A DNA stretch of 46,530 bases. It comes from Asterionella formosa (taxonomy: Eukaryota). The translations under genes were made by a program, and so were the position numbers. Positions 14,632-27,335 of the stretch are shown here, in pieces. Under the pieces are notes generated by a model, which was not told where the DNA came from, did not search any database, and was given only the letters and a program-made list of their open reading frames with translations. The stretch is taken from assembly GCA_002256025.1 (NCBI GenBank), contig NKIB01014168.1, forward strand, positions 1 through 46,530, written 5' to 3'. How positions within the stretch are numbered: position 1 is the stretch's first letter; the number at the start of each line of letters is the position of its first letter.

Positions 14632-15203
14632 TATGGATAAATTTTCTATCACATAGTACCAGCTACCAGGTAGGAGTACCCGTTAGACTCATTCTTTATT
14701 TATAAATGGCGCATGCCTTCCTACCGGTATTCAGATGACGACTGAGGAGGTACTACTACCGGTAGTACTGTCTACTCCACCCACGTACATTTACAACTAA
14801 GATATCCACCGGTACCCGGTATCAGTAGTACGAGTTAGAAAACAGCTGGTAGACATAATAAAAGTGTGACTACCGGGTATCATGATACCTTGTACCCTCA
14901 TGACGTAGACTGAACAAGCACTAATCAAGGATCGAGTTGCCAGTTTTATATGTTTTACCAGTATGCACCTACAATGCAGTCTAAATCTCTGGCTTCATAC
15001 GGAATAAATACCAGTACACCACTCCTTCTATAAACTGGTAGATTGGGAAATAGCACTCCACTCTATACTTTAAGTGTCTACAAATCTCTATCATTATGTA
15101 CTAGAAATGTATGTTACGAGCGGGTAAAATATAAAAGGATTGGTTCGATTATAGAACCCAGCCAAAAGCTTAAATGTGAACTGCTGAACTATCGTTGTCC
15201 CTT

Positions 15204-15857
15204 TCACTTTATGCATGCAGGAGAAAACAACAAAGAAGGTATTTGGAATCCAACAGCAGGTAGAACTAAAGACAACCAAGACAAGATGAAATGAAACGGG
15301 AATGCGCAAGTTCCAGTAGTAGTACTCAGGAGACTCATTCTGGCAGCAGTTTGACAAGGATGCAAATAGAAAGAAGGCCTTCCTGTTACTGGATGTTCGT
15401 CATACGAGATAAAGTCGTAGGATTCATCCACGTCGGCACCAAGCACATGCAATATGAAGGATCGTAAACATGGAGATCCATCCATGTACTGAACTGTGAA
15501 GTATAATAATGGCACTTGCCAAGTGTGACTATAGACAATAGAAAAGCGCCATTCCAGGGTCGTAGTGATGCCAGAAATAGTTGTTGTAGATGGTGTTGGA
15601 AGATTAATTGTTTCCGGGTCAAGGATCACATTTTCATCTTCAAGAAATATTCCGAAATCATGTTCGCTACTATGATGATCAAGCGATGCCGACGTCGTTA
15701 CAGGTGGATGAACGAGATACAACATTTCACATGGCCCGTGCGCGACCTGCCAATCCATTAGTACCTCTATCCGATCATTTGCAATTCCTTTTGCAATTGA
15801 AAGTCGCTCAACGAGGGAATTGACATCCCTGTTGAATTCTTCTCGAGTCAATGCCAT
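15204..15857 (-). CDS. ATG10: Autophagy E2-like conjugating enzyme ATG10
   Basis: IVYSHTWQVPLLYF, ISYDEHPVTG, the catalytic FYLHPCQT, and C-terminal SWLSLV..AVG. Confidence 0.85.
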   Translation of the reverse strand: MALTREEFNRDVNSLVERLSIAKGIANDRIEVLMDWQVAHGPCEMLYLVHPPVTTSASLDHHSSEHDFGIFLEDENVILDPETINLPTPSTTTISGITTTLEWRFSIVYSHTWQVPLLYFTVQYMDGSPCLRSFILHVLGADVDESYDFISYDEHPVTGRPSFYLHPCQTAARMSLLSTTTGTCAFPFHFILSWLSLVLPAVGFQIPSLLFSPACIK

Positions 15858-16782
15858 TATTGAAGGTGACCAGTATCAATGTGAAACCAAGCATTCAAAT
15901 TCTTCTTCTCTGTCGGACCATTATGGTGGCTTTTTTCTTTGCCCGTCATCGAAAAGTACTGTACAGGATACGATAGTGGATCCATGCTCCCATCGATCCA
16001 GTCCCTCCTACGGTAAGCAACTCCACCCTCCAACTTGGTACCAGGTACAATAATTTAACTTCCGGTGCATGTTCGATGTTCCACCAGTATTCAAGATTCA
16101 TCTCGCACACCGCATGTAGCCGGTACGTGCATACATACTGATATGTTGATTTACAGGAAAATAGGACTATTCATACCGGTAGATGTATTCGTACGATATA
16201 TGCATAAATACAAATATGAGTGACTGCTGCTATTATACCGGCACAGTTGGTTCTATGTATGGAGGCAGGTCGACCGATTCGAGCGATTTGCTTTCGGCGG
16301 CTGACGAGTTGATGATTCGATCCGTTGGTGGCATGATTCAAATGTTTTGATACAATGGTGCTTTGCTACTAGCATGTATGATATGTACTGTAGTTCTACT
16401 GTATGTAGAATGAACAAATGCATTCGCTCAGTATCAACTCAGCATCGCAGCAAGCATTCATGAGCGACGTGTTCGGTCAAATCCAAAGTAATAACTTTAT
16501 TTACCGGTATTCACTTTAGCAGGTGCGTGTTTTAATAATAAAATTATACATGTATAAATATATAGCTTACCCTGGTACCAGGTACTTTGTGTAGATCCCT
16601 TATACATACAGTATATACACACGAAGGAAGCAACGAAAAAAGGCCATAGCATATACCGGTACCGGTAGGTGAACAACCAAGGACGAGTGACGACGGTCAC
16701 AAAACGAAGCTGTATACCTACCTACCTGTAGTCACTTCAATTGGATGTGATTCACACTGTATTCTTCTTCTGATCAAAAACC

Positions 16783-18850
16783 ATGTTCGCAATCTCCCTT
16801 GCTCGTTCACGAGTTGCTGTACCGTCTGCTGTAAGGACCACTAGGAGCATTCGTTCCTTGAGCACAACGACTGTGAAACGAAATCTGAGCGCATTACTCT
16901 CGCCAGAACACGAAGACGACAGCGATGAATACTCGCCTGAGGTGCTTCCGACGGAGGGAGAATGGGCTGGATGCTCTCAGCGTTTCATGGCTCCCATCAA
17001 AATTTCGGTTCGCGGAGGAGGTACGCTTGTTTCAATGCTTTGTGTACTTGAAAACAAACTCTCTTGCACTTACTCACCTTCCGTCCTATTGCATTAGAGA
17101 TTCTGACGGACCCACTTTTCAACAAAGGCACCGCCTTCAAGACAGGAGAGCGCGAGCGTCTTCGCTTTCGTGGACTACTTCCTCCCCGCATCATGAACAT
17201 GTCAACACAGGTGGAACGCTTCTTGCTATCCCTGCGAGGTGAAGAGTCGACCATTCGCAAGAATATTTTGCTAGAAGATCTGCATGACCGAAACGAAACG
17301 CTCTACCATCGAGTATTGGTGGATCATATGGAAGAAATGGCGCCACTCATTTATACGCCCACTGTTGGACAGGCATGCAAAGAATTTGCAACCCGGTACC
17401 GTCGTCCTAGAGGAATGTACTTTACAGAGGCAGATCGTGGAAATATGGCAGCGATGACTTACAATTGGAATCACAAAGATGTACATGTGATTGTCGTGAC
17501 GGATGGTTCTCGGATTTTGGGCCTTGGTGATTTAGGTGCTAACGGTATGGGAATTCCTATTGGAAAATTGAGTCTCTACTGTGCAGCGGGAGGGATTGCA
17601 CCGCATAGAGTATTGCCTGTTGTGTTGGATACTGGCACAGACAACGTGGAGTTGTTGAATGATAAGTTCTATTTAGGAGTTCAGAAACCAAGATTGAAGG
17701 GCAAAGCATACTATCAGCTAGTGGATGAATTCATGAATGCCGTGAGACATCGTTGGCCTAATGTATTGGTTCAATTTGAGGATTTCTCCAGTGACAAAGC
17801 ACAAAAACTACTGAACAAATACCGTTCAGAGCATTTAACTTTCAATGACGATATTCAAGGCACTGGTGCGACTACGCTAGCTGGAGTATTGGGAGCTTTG
17901 CGAGCGAAGGGAGAGTCTGTCTCGACTCTCGGTGATCAACGGATTCTCATTGCAGGGGCTGGGTCGGCAGGCATAGGCGTTGCCCAAGTTTTGAAACAAG
18001 CCATGATAGAACAAGGTCGAAGCGAGGAGGATGCAAAAAATGCATTCTATGTGGTCGATCAAGATGGGTGAGTTCAAAGTATTATTTGCTGTTTCTTGGT
18101 GTCTCCTCGTCCTTCAATTATATTCGCGTTTCTAACTGTTCTATGGCCAATTTGTCAACCGATCTCCTCTGTAGCTTACTTGGAAAGAAGCGCTTGAACA
18201 AGTATTCAGCAGAACAAGCCAGCTTTGCCCGTGAAGAGGACGGTCTTTCCCTGCAGGAAGTCATGGACAAATATAAACCTACCATTTTACTAGGTATGAC
18301 CGCGGTCGGTGGGTTGTTCAAGGAACAGCTAATTCGATCAATGGCTGCGAACTGCAAACGGCCCATAATTTTCCCTCTTTCAAATCCTACAGTTAAGGCA
18401 GAATGCACTGCCGAACAAGCCTTCGAGTGGACCAATGGCTCATGCATCTTTGCTTCTGGATCTCCTTTCGAGCCTGTAACCTTGGACAACGGAAAGACGT
18501 TTTACCCAACTCAGTGCAATAATATGTATGTATTCCCTGGTCTTGGACTAGGGGCAACTGTTGCTGGCTGCAAAGTGATTACAGACCGTATGCTATATGT
18601 TGCCGCAGAAGCTCTGGCCAACTTTGTCACGCAGGAAGAGTTGGCCCAAGGCAAGGTCTTTCCTCATATTTCAAACATTCGTGAAGTGTCTCATCGTGTC
18701 GCCGTTGCCGTGGCAGAACAGGCGCTTCTTGAGGGCCAAGCCACAAAATTAAACGCAGAGGCCCTGAAAGATTTACCAAAATTCATCGCGAACAAGATGT
18801 ATTATCCCGAATATGTGCCATTGGTAGAAAAGCGAGAAATAACGATCTAG
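16783..18850 (+). CDS. Malic enzyme, probably mitochondrial; exons 16783-17020, 17098-18067, 18175-18850
   Basis: Motifs IYTPTVG, VTDGSRILGLGDLG, QFEDF, FNDDIQGTG, GAGSAG, FPLSNPT, ASGSPF and QCNNMYVFPG. The presequence is Arg/Ser-rich and lacks acidic residues. Both introns are phase-consistent. Confidence 0.95.
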
Positions 18851-19086
18851 GAACGGTATCTGTTATGTGGAACGAGGAATACGAATAATGCCACAGCGGA
18901 AAAGATTCTAACCAATCAAATTGCTAATAGCACAATCTTGTTGTAGGTTATAACCATGTCTTATGTATGGTGGCGGAATAAACATTCCTATGATTCTTGT
19001 TATAGCTAGCATTTTCCTGATTTTGCCGTTTCTTGCAATGCGAGAAATTACACGGCCGAGTACACATGGTTTGTCCGATGAGTCCT

Positions 19087-19569
19087 CTACCTTGGAGTAA
19101 TGCTGAATGTGCATTGTTCATAAGTTGTACAGCATACGTCTTGACATTCGCTCAAACAATCCTCCTTATTCCGAGCATATCCATCAGGACCGAGTTTCTG
19201 CTCGCACTGTGACTTGCAGTCGGATATCGACCTAAGAAAGCTGGGATCCCTTCTGGTGCCCTTTGTATCAGATTTATCCTTTGGCTTTTCTCCTGGAACC
19301 TTGGGAGACTTCCCTGTTAGGTAAATGGTGGATTCGGAAGCTGATGCAGATGACACAATGGTACCGGACAAGAGCATTTGAACAACAGTCATTAGGGCCA
19401 TCCGCCTAGATTTTATTCCATCGTCGTCCGATGCAGTTGCCATGAATTGAAAATCGCTAATACGAATTCTCGATCGTGAACATGATGATTGCGGTGCTAA
19501 CAAAACAAATGAATCTGTAAGTGTGAGAGACCACACAACAAGGACAAGACGAAAAGAGATATATTTCAT
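19087..19569 (-). CDS. Small Cys-rich protein, putatively targeted to the thylakoid lumen
   Basis: Signal peptide ending TDS-F, a transit-like segment, then SRR + hydrophobic stretch + ASA. The C-terminus has a 7-Cys pattern CxxxC...CxxxCxxxCCx5C. Confidence 0.75.
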   Translation of the reverse strand: MKYISFRLVLVVWSLTLTDSFVLLAPQSSCSRSRIRISDFQFMATASDDDGIKSRRMALMTVVQMLLSGTIVSSASASESTIYLTGKSPKVPGEKPKDKSDTKGTRRDPSFLRSISDCKSQCEQKLGPDGYARNKEDCLSECQDVCCTTYEQCTFSITPR

Positions 19570-19870
19570 TATGAATCAGTGTTTCTCGTCGTCATTGATG
19601 TCGGAAGAATTTGAGATGAGGCACCGCCACCCAACAACGTGCGTTGCTTGGTGGAGTTTGGTGATACAGATGGTTGAATGACTGAATTATGGGGACACCG
19701 GTACCTGGTATAGAGCTACCGGTACCTGGTAGGCTGACATGCGGCAACATGTTCCGGTACCTGGTACTACCATTGAGTACGTTGAATACAAGGTATCACG
19801 TGGTAAGTATGTATATCTCTATCTATTTGTGTGTGTATGCATGCATGTTTTACGTATTTATGTATCAAAT

Positions 19871-22406
19871 GGAAAGTGATCAGGCACAGGTTACCTGGTA
19901 CCCAGAAAGGATTGCAACTGTTACAATACAGTCCTTGAAAGTACCAGATAAAGCAGGATAATTTTAAATCATATCCTATATCATGGCTGAAGTTTGTCTA
20001 AGTGCAACCAATAATATTCCCTTTACATGTGTGGTTTGAACAGCTGAATGGTGACATGGCGCAAATTCTGTGGTCAGTTGAATGGTCTATAGGTTGTCCA
20101 TTATTAATGAATCCAGAAATTCTTGGGTAGATGTTTTTCTTTTATCACTCCATTTCATTCAAGGTGATGATGGATAAGGTCTTCGGAATAGGTCTATCTT
20201 GAAGAGGTTTGGATGAAGAAAGGTATGAATTCAGGATACTGTGTGAACCAGTACTAAGCATCCCTCATACATCAAATATCATATAGTTTCAACATTGCAC
20301 CATTCAACTTTCTGGGCTACTATTTCCACTCTCTTGAATTTTCTAGTACTAAGCCTACGTTGGCAGTCTGTAGCGCTGCTGCTGACCCCCTCCTCATTCA
20401 CCATGTCCTCTTTGGACTCTGCCACTCCCTTCGCTTACTCCTCCTCCACTTTTATTCACGCTCAACTTGCTCAGTTAGACCTGCCGGTCACTCCACAGCA
20501 AAAATCATTCAAGTCCGCCAATTCTATCCTGAGAAAACCAATTTCGCCTACTTTGCACACCTCGTCTCACAGCGATTTCTTCATGCAAATGCTTATTCCT
20601 CCACCCATGACCTTCCTGTCTCTCACTACCACTTCCAACTCTCTCATATTCACCTGGAAGACTCTCAGTAGACCCTCCGAAAATCCCAAGGAACTGCTTT
20701 CCATTGCTGCCGCCACCCACACTCTCTGCCATCGCTCAGGCACCAAAGGCAGCAAGAGAATAACACTTTTTCCTCTGATCTTGCTACTTCATTGCGAATC
20801 TTGACTCCTTATATGCCATCAGATCCATCATTCCATCAAGTACTTCAAATTTACTTATATTGTCTAAGTCTGTCCCCACTCGAATTTCAATTGATTACTC
20901 CTCAGAACAAGTTGGTGCCAGCACTATCAAGACCTCTCGCTGTTCAAGCAATAATTTACATCCATCTCTGCATTTCTTCTATCCTTTTTATTACCCAAAA
21001 AATACTGCCTTGCACAAGCTTCAAGAATTCATTTCGCTTTCAATCCATTTTGACTACTGCATTTTATTTATCTGAATTTTGATACCTTCTTATCAATTTA
21101 CCATCCACAGCTTCCATGCTATTCTTCTATCTCTCTCTTGCTTCCTTCTGACACCACACATCAAATATCTGCTCAAGTTTTCTCAAACCCTGCTTCAAAG
21201 CTGTTTGTCAGCTTCTGTTGTCCATTCTATCACCTACTTCTTGCTATACTTATTTTCTCCCTCACTCATTGCCAAATACTAGGCCCCCTATCTCACTTAT
21301 ATCCACCATACTACTCTAAGAGTCACTTGGGCTCCTTGCCTGACTCACCCTATTTACACTCTTAAAAATATCTCCTCCATCCTCTAAGAGCTGCATGGGC
21401 TCCTTGCCCCGCTTCAATGTCCTACATCTACAAATCTGGCCCTCTGGGCCACAGTGCGACCCAACAGACTCCACAATAGTTGAGGCTCTATCATGACGCG
21501 TACTTAAAAACTTTCTTAGCAACTATCATTTGGACCGTGCTCCACTTCCTCCCTCTAGCACAACTGGATTAAAAATACTTAACAACCCTCTTATTTTCCA
21601 AATAGGTATCCATTATGTAGGGCAATAAGTTTATCTTCAAATTTGTAAGTCATGATGGTACCTCAAATGTTGCAATCCTCATTTTTCATCTGGATGGGTC
21701 ATTGAGTGGCTGATTTTCTCCCTCCTCGGTCGCCTAACACTGATTGACTATCATTGACTCTACATGGGATCCTTGCATGCAAATCCTCGACTCCTCTGCA
21801 TACGAAGGCTCAATCCTCCCCTGCATATGAATGGATTTCTTGAAATTATTTATTCCTTGTCCATACAGTACACCTTATTATGCCTATTAGGCTCATCACC
21901 GCTTTTTTCTGATATCTTCTGCAGACACACGTATCCATACCAGCAGAGGCATTCTTTTCTGTAATTTGGTCAGACAAGCCATTGCTACCAGCAGAGGAAT
22001 CTCCAATCTGATCAATGCTGACTCTTTTCTTGAGATCAATACCTGTGACTTTGTCCTTGATGCTGCCGACTTTTTCTTCGTGTTGTCATCCTTCTCTGTA
22101 GCTTGATCATACAAGCCGTTGCTTCACAGATACTCACTTTCTTACTTTGCTGGTTTGGGTGAGCGGAACGGGTCTACTAAACTATTATAGGGTAAATGAT
22201 CAGGGTACTGGTAGTACCAACTCAAAGAACATCGCAACTGTTACGATACAGTCCATGAAAGTACCGGGTAAAACAAGATAATTTTAAATTATATCCTATT
22301 TTATGACTGATATGTATCTAAGTACAATCAATAATATTCCCTTCTCACGAGTGGTTAAAACAACTAAATGATGACATGGTGGAAATTCTGTGGTCAGTTG
22401 AATGGT
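19871..22406. mobile_element. Decayed element bounded by ~216-bp direct repeats (19871-20086, 22191-22406)
   Basis: The repeats align without gaps at offset 2320, with about 84% identity over 19911-20086 by hand count. The interior is pyrimidine-biased with broken ORFs. Confidence 0.55.
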
Positions 22407-22844
22407 TGATTGACCAAAAAACACTAAATTGCCCAAAAAGGGCCAACCATGTATGCCTTCCATTTCATGCGAAAGAGAATTATTTTGAAACATTGTAATT
22501 TGTCGTCGCTGTAGAACATGAATTTATTTATGATATTTAGAAATTTTTATATGCTGCTTTGAACCTCCTCCTTTATGTACCAGTTCTTATGTATGATCAT
22601 GGTATACCTGACTGGTCCCTGATACCGGTGTAAAATGACATACCGGTGCAGACAGACCACAGGCTACCGGGTAAATGGTACAAATATATTTCTATAATAG
22701 TTAGTAACACCATTACCGGTATTTGAGATGATCCTAACTATTACCGGTAGGGTACGGTACTTACGTTAATGCAGAGTGACGGATAGGTGGTTTTCTCACA
22801 TTGGCCAGAAAAGCCAAATTTTCGAGACATCAGGAAATTGCATG

Positions 22845-22986
22845 CATTCCCCTGAATGTTTCTGAAATTTTCTTACGCATTTCCTTACGTTTGCTTACGT
22901 TTCCTGAAATCCATAGGCATTTGCAATTTCCTGAAAGTCATAGTCATTTCCTGAATGTCATAATGATTTCCAGAAAGTCATAGTCA
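22845..22986. repeat. Degenerate 10/20-bp periodic repeat (ATTTCCTGAAAGTCATAGTC-like)
   Basis: Repeated tttcctgaa, cttacg and gtcatagtca units. Confidence 0.65.
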
Positions 22987-23114
22987 CACGCTGTCTGTGC
23001 TCTCGCTATTGCCACTGAAGAACTCCGCTATTTATTTCGCTGAATTGTGCTAAAGATTGAAGACGTTCTTTTTACATTACTACGTTAAATGTGTACCTCT
23101 GCTGAGACACGTTA

Positions 23115-23201
23115 TCATTTTGCTTAAAAAGGACAATTTAATATGGGATAAAGATAGCTAAATTCTTAGTTACAGCATACACTTACCGCAACTTGCTGGT
23201 A
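23115..23201. mobile_element. MITE family A, left-truncated copy
   Basis: TCATTTTGCTTAAAA...GGGATAAAGATAGCTAAAT...TTACCGCAACTTGCTGGTA matches 14548-14631. Confidence 0.8.
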
Positions 23202-23852
23202 CTGCTACCGGTACCTGGTACGGTATCTGGTATTTTCTTAACTCACATATTCGACGATCCGTGCTTTCGTACCCCAGTGCTATGTAGGGTAGAGAGGGAA
23301 GCAACCTTACGACGTAGATGGCCCTGCTGTGTAGGAGTACATACTGATGTGGTGCATGCTTTGCATGCATTTATAAAAGTGTAGAATGGAACAATTATCA
23401 CGCACAGCATGTTTTTAGCTTGGACTATGTTTATTGGTTAGAACAATAATACAAAGTTCGACCTCATACATTTTTGTGATAATGAATACCGAAAACCAGT
23501 TGTGGTGTCGACTGCGCATTCGAAACTGCGAACTGAAAGCAATCCTGAGTGCTGGCAAATGACTTTTTTTCGTGAACAATGAGAAAATAGGGCAATATCT
23601 ACAGTCACAAAGAACATCCAGCTGCAGCAGCTGCCGTAGCTGCAGTTCGAGGGAATACAGGTGTACAGCTTCATTCTGATGATGCACATACTGATTCCGG
23701 CAAGTCATTTTGAAATATTATTCCCGTCCTTACGAAGATCATACGTAGACTATATTTATACTGTAGACACATGGGGAAATTCTACCGTGTGCACGATAAA
23801 GAAAAACTTTGACCTCCTTCTCACATTTTCGAAATTGTTGCTAGACTAAACC

Positions 23853-24717
23853 ATGAAGCTTACTCTTCTAATTGCCACCGTTGCCTTGTTTGCAGGAACC
23901 AGCGCCTTCTCTCCCCAAAACCTGGTGAAGCAATCAACAAAGCTTCACAAGTCTACCGTCTCTGGAGACTCCTGGACTGGCAAAGGACGTTTCGGTACGA
24001 CGAACAATAAGGGGGTGACTAAAAAGGTCGACCCCATCAAGCCCGGGAATCGCCTCCAAAGGAAAAAGATGGAGGATGTTATCATTGATCCAGATTATTA
24101 CTTGACTTGGTCCTTCGCTCTTGTTGGGGCTTTGATCACGTGGTACCATCCAGGTGAGTCTTTTCGAGCAGGTTAAAGTTCGCAGTCATTCCAAAATGTC
24201 TCGTTTCGACGAATGCTAAGACATTTGCTTCCTAACAGATAATACCGATGGTTCCCTCTCCCTCATTGGCGTCGCTGGTGGCGCATTCCATTTGCTCTTT
24301 GCTTCTCTCCTTTGGGTTCAGACCAGACGTGTACGTCTCATCTTTGAGAAAGATTCCTTTGAGTTCTACAACATCAAAGGGCCTTCCCTTGACTTTGACA
24401 AGGGTGCCTGGCTCGAGAGAAAGCCCAACAACTATGTCAGCGGCACCATCAACCGATGGAAGTACGACACTATTATCAATTGGGGAATCTTTCCCTCGTT
24501 GGAGTTCCCAGTGATTATATATTTCAAGGAAACGGAGACTCCAAAGGAGCAATGGGACAAGTGGTTCGCTGCCTTTGACAGCTACGGCAACGGACAGCCT
24601 CATTTCTTCCCTGGCCTTGCAAACGCTCGTCAGTTCAAGGAGCAGATGGAACTCCGCGGCGTCACACGCAAGCAAATCCCAACTCTCAAAAGTGTGCGCC
24701 AGAGCAAGAAGGACTAA
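23853..24717 (+). CDS. Plastid-targeted DUF3119-like membrane protein; exons 23853-24153, 24239-24717
   Basis: Signal peptide plus TSAFSP, two hydrophobic helices, and LWVQTRRVRLIF...INWGIFP..FPVIIYFKET, which resembles DUF3119 from memory. The intron keeps the frame. Confidence 0.8.
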
Positions 24718-24908
24718 CTAACCCAGCCTAACGAAGAAGAGGCCATACGAAGGTGAGCGAGCACTTCTATATATAAATATGATAACATTCAAGAAAAATT
24801 AGAAAAGCAAGATTTTGGTTACGTAAGCAAGATATGAGTAATTCAAGATCACATACAGACTACCGGTAATTACTTGACAACTAGATGGAAGCGAAAATGA
24901 TCAAGCAT

Positions 24909-25894
24909 CTATACTTTACTTTTCTTCTTCAAAGATTCCAGATAAAATCCAAGGGCCCCCTGAACACGATCAGATGTTATGAAACCAACAAAAGAATCAA
25001 TGTCCTCTTGTCTATTCGAGAGCAGATGTTGTAGGTGCTTCTGACGCATCAACATTTTGCTGGCAACTCGGGCTTGAGGAGGAATCTTGGCCCACTTGAT
25101 CGCTTCCTGTTCAGCCTTGGAAAGAACATACTCCTGAGAAACCACTTCATCGACAAGTTTGATACGCAAGGCCTCGTCAGGTGAAAATAGAGTTCCCAGA
25201 GCGAGCGCCTTCTCAGCTTCTCTTTGACCAATCGTCAACGCCATCATCTCAGCTAGCCATGATGGAGCTACGATACCAAACTGAGCCTCATTCAAACCAA
25301 TCGTAGGCCTGTGCTTGCCATCGGTTGCGGAAATGATGCGATAGTCGCATGCAAGTGTCAGCATGCATCCTGCCGCTGGCGCATGGCCTTCAATAGCGGC
25401 GATACATGCTAGTCGCGAGCCATACAAATCCAGGTAAACTTGTTGAATGGCATTCCAGAACGAAGAAAGCCGTTCTGGGTCTGGATTGTACATTTCGGTC
25501 AAATCTATACCAGCAGAAAAAACCGCTTTCGATGCGGACGAAAGTACAAGAGCTTGAGCCTTCTTAGTTGCATGGATTTCTTTGATCCCGTTGGAAATGG
25601 CTTGGCACCTTTGAATGGCCGAAGGGAACAATTGAGCGACGAGTGCAGTTATTAGTTATTGAAAGTTGACAAAATTTGAACTTACATCTCGAGAGACAAC
25701 GAGTTGACAGGGAGCCGATTCATGACAAGGGAAGCAACACCGGTTTCTTCATTGACATTCGTCAAAACCAAGTCAGAAGAAGAGGAGGAAAAGGAACGAG
25801 AGGTACGAGCCATAGCACAGTCACGGAGATTATGCAAGTTGACATGCGTTGGCATGCGGAGCTTTGAATGTGATAGGATAACAAGTCTCCTCAT
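24909..25894 (-). CDS. ECI1: Mitochondrial enoyl-CoA delta isomerase (crotonase family); exons ~25894-25686, 25608-24909
   Basis: MNRLPVNSLSLEM, VFSAGIDLTEMY, AIEGHAPAAGC, CDYRI and IGLNE. The presequence contains RSFSS. The start codon is uncertain. Confidence 0.88.
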
Positions 25895-27106
25895 TATGGT
25901 GATGGATTGTAAGGGGCAGCTCAACGATCGGTTTTTGGTTGGATTGTGTTCACATCAAATTGTTAACATTCACTTTACGAGAAGAAAGTAAAGAATCCAT
26001 CAGGGCACGTATTATTTACACGTATGATATGGTCAAACATCCTCACACCAAAATGCAGACGAGGAAACATCGCTCGCTCGTCGATGACACCACCCGGTTC
26101 GCTTTCGCCAACCCGGAAATTGTTGGGGCTCTCCGCCAGCCATCATACATAACTTATGGCCAGCCATATGGATATCTTATGATGTGTGCAATTTCTGAGC
26201 GACGAGGTAGACCCCGTGGCCTAATCTAGGACTAGCAAAAACCCTGACCCTACTGTATAGAATATTTTGCGCCTTGAAACCCTTGTTATAATCAAATTGA
26301 CCATGTCAGTATTCAACAACAGAACAACCTCCCATGTTGCTTGATTTATCAACATCTCCACCATAAGCCTCATTGTTTTCATTCCATACTGTTGCTCTTG
26401 GTTTGATTGTAACTATTTTTATTTGGCTGATGAATATAGTAGCTACTACTACTATCATACCCTAGCTAATCTTTGAGCCCAAAGTAACAATTGCAGAACC
26501 TATTCCTTGATTTGTCGAGATGTTGTTGACTATTACGACAATATTGATGCCAAGCAATGCTCTTCTTCTACTAACTCGGTTTGTTATCTTTTCACTCAGA
26601 GTTCACATTGCATTCCTCTACTTTTCAACATTCAGCAATAATAACTGATTCAATAGAGGGAGTCAATAGAGGAGCAGACAGGCCATCAAACATGGTATGG
26701 AATGATCAGGGTTGTTTGATTTGAACTGCAGGTGGAAGTACTTCTATTACATGTATTCTAGATACTATCAGGCTACAACAGCAATGTCCATGGTTCCAAT
26801 GACAACATCATGTACTGCTATCTAAATCGGTTTCAATCATGGATTATCTGTGTTTCTGCGTTATTTCGTCCTTTGATTGTGTGATGAAAAGTCCATGCTT
26901 ACTTTTCTTGCGTAACTACTACCATGCAAGAGCCTCCTCAGAAACGGATATTTTTTACTTAAACAATTTTGTAATTTATTATATAACGTAGCTACTTATT
27001 ACTTAGAATATTACTTAGAAGTACAAGAATGGCAGCATGATGCATAGCTGGAGCGGGAATTACCATCCCAAAGGAATGGCATGATCTGTGCCACTCAGCA
27101 TGTTCT

Positions 27107-27335
27107 TGTTGTTGAATTTTCTTCCTTGATTACTACTACTATGACCGGTAATATTACTTTTATAGCATATAAATAAAGAAGTAGAATACAACAATATGAT
27201 TTTATTTCTTCTGCACACAAGAATGTTGTTGAATTTTCTTCCTTGATTACTACTATGACCGGTAATATTACTTTTATAGCATATAAATGAAGAAGTAGAA
27301 TACAATAATATGATTTTATTTCTTCTGCACACAAG
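27107..27335. repeat. Near-perfect tandem duplication of ~115 bp
   Basis: 27107-27221 versus 27224-27335 differ by one TAC unit and about 2 substitutions. Confidence 0.92.

Noticed and set aside
16290..16330. Hammerhead core CTGACGA
   Set aside because: No stem II followed by GAAA on the same strand.
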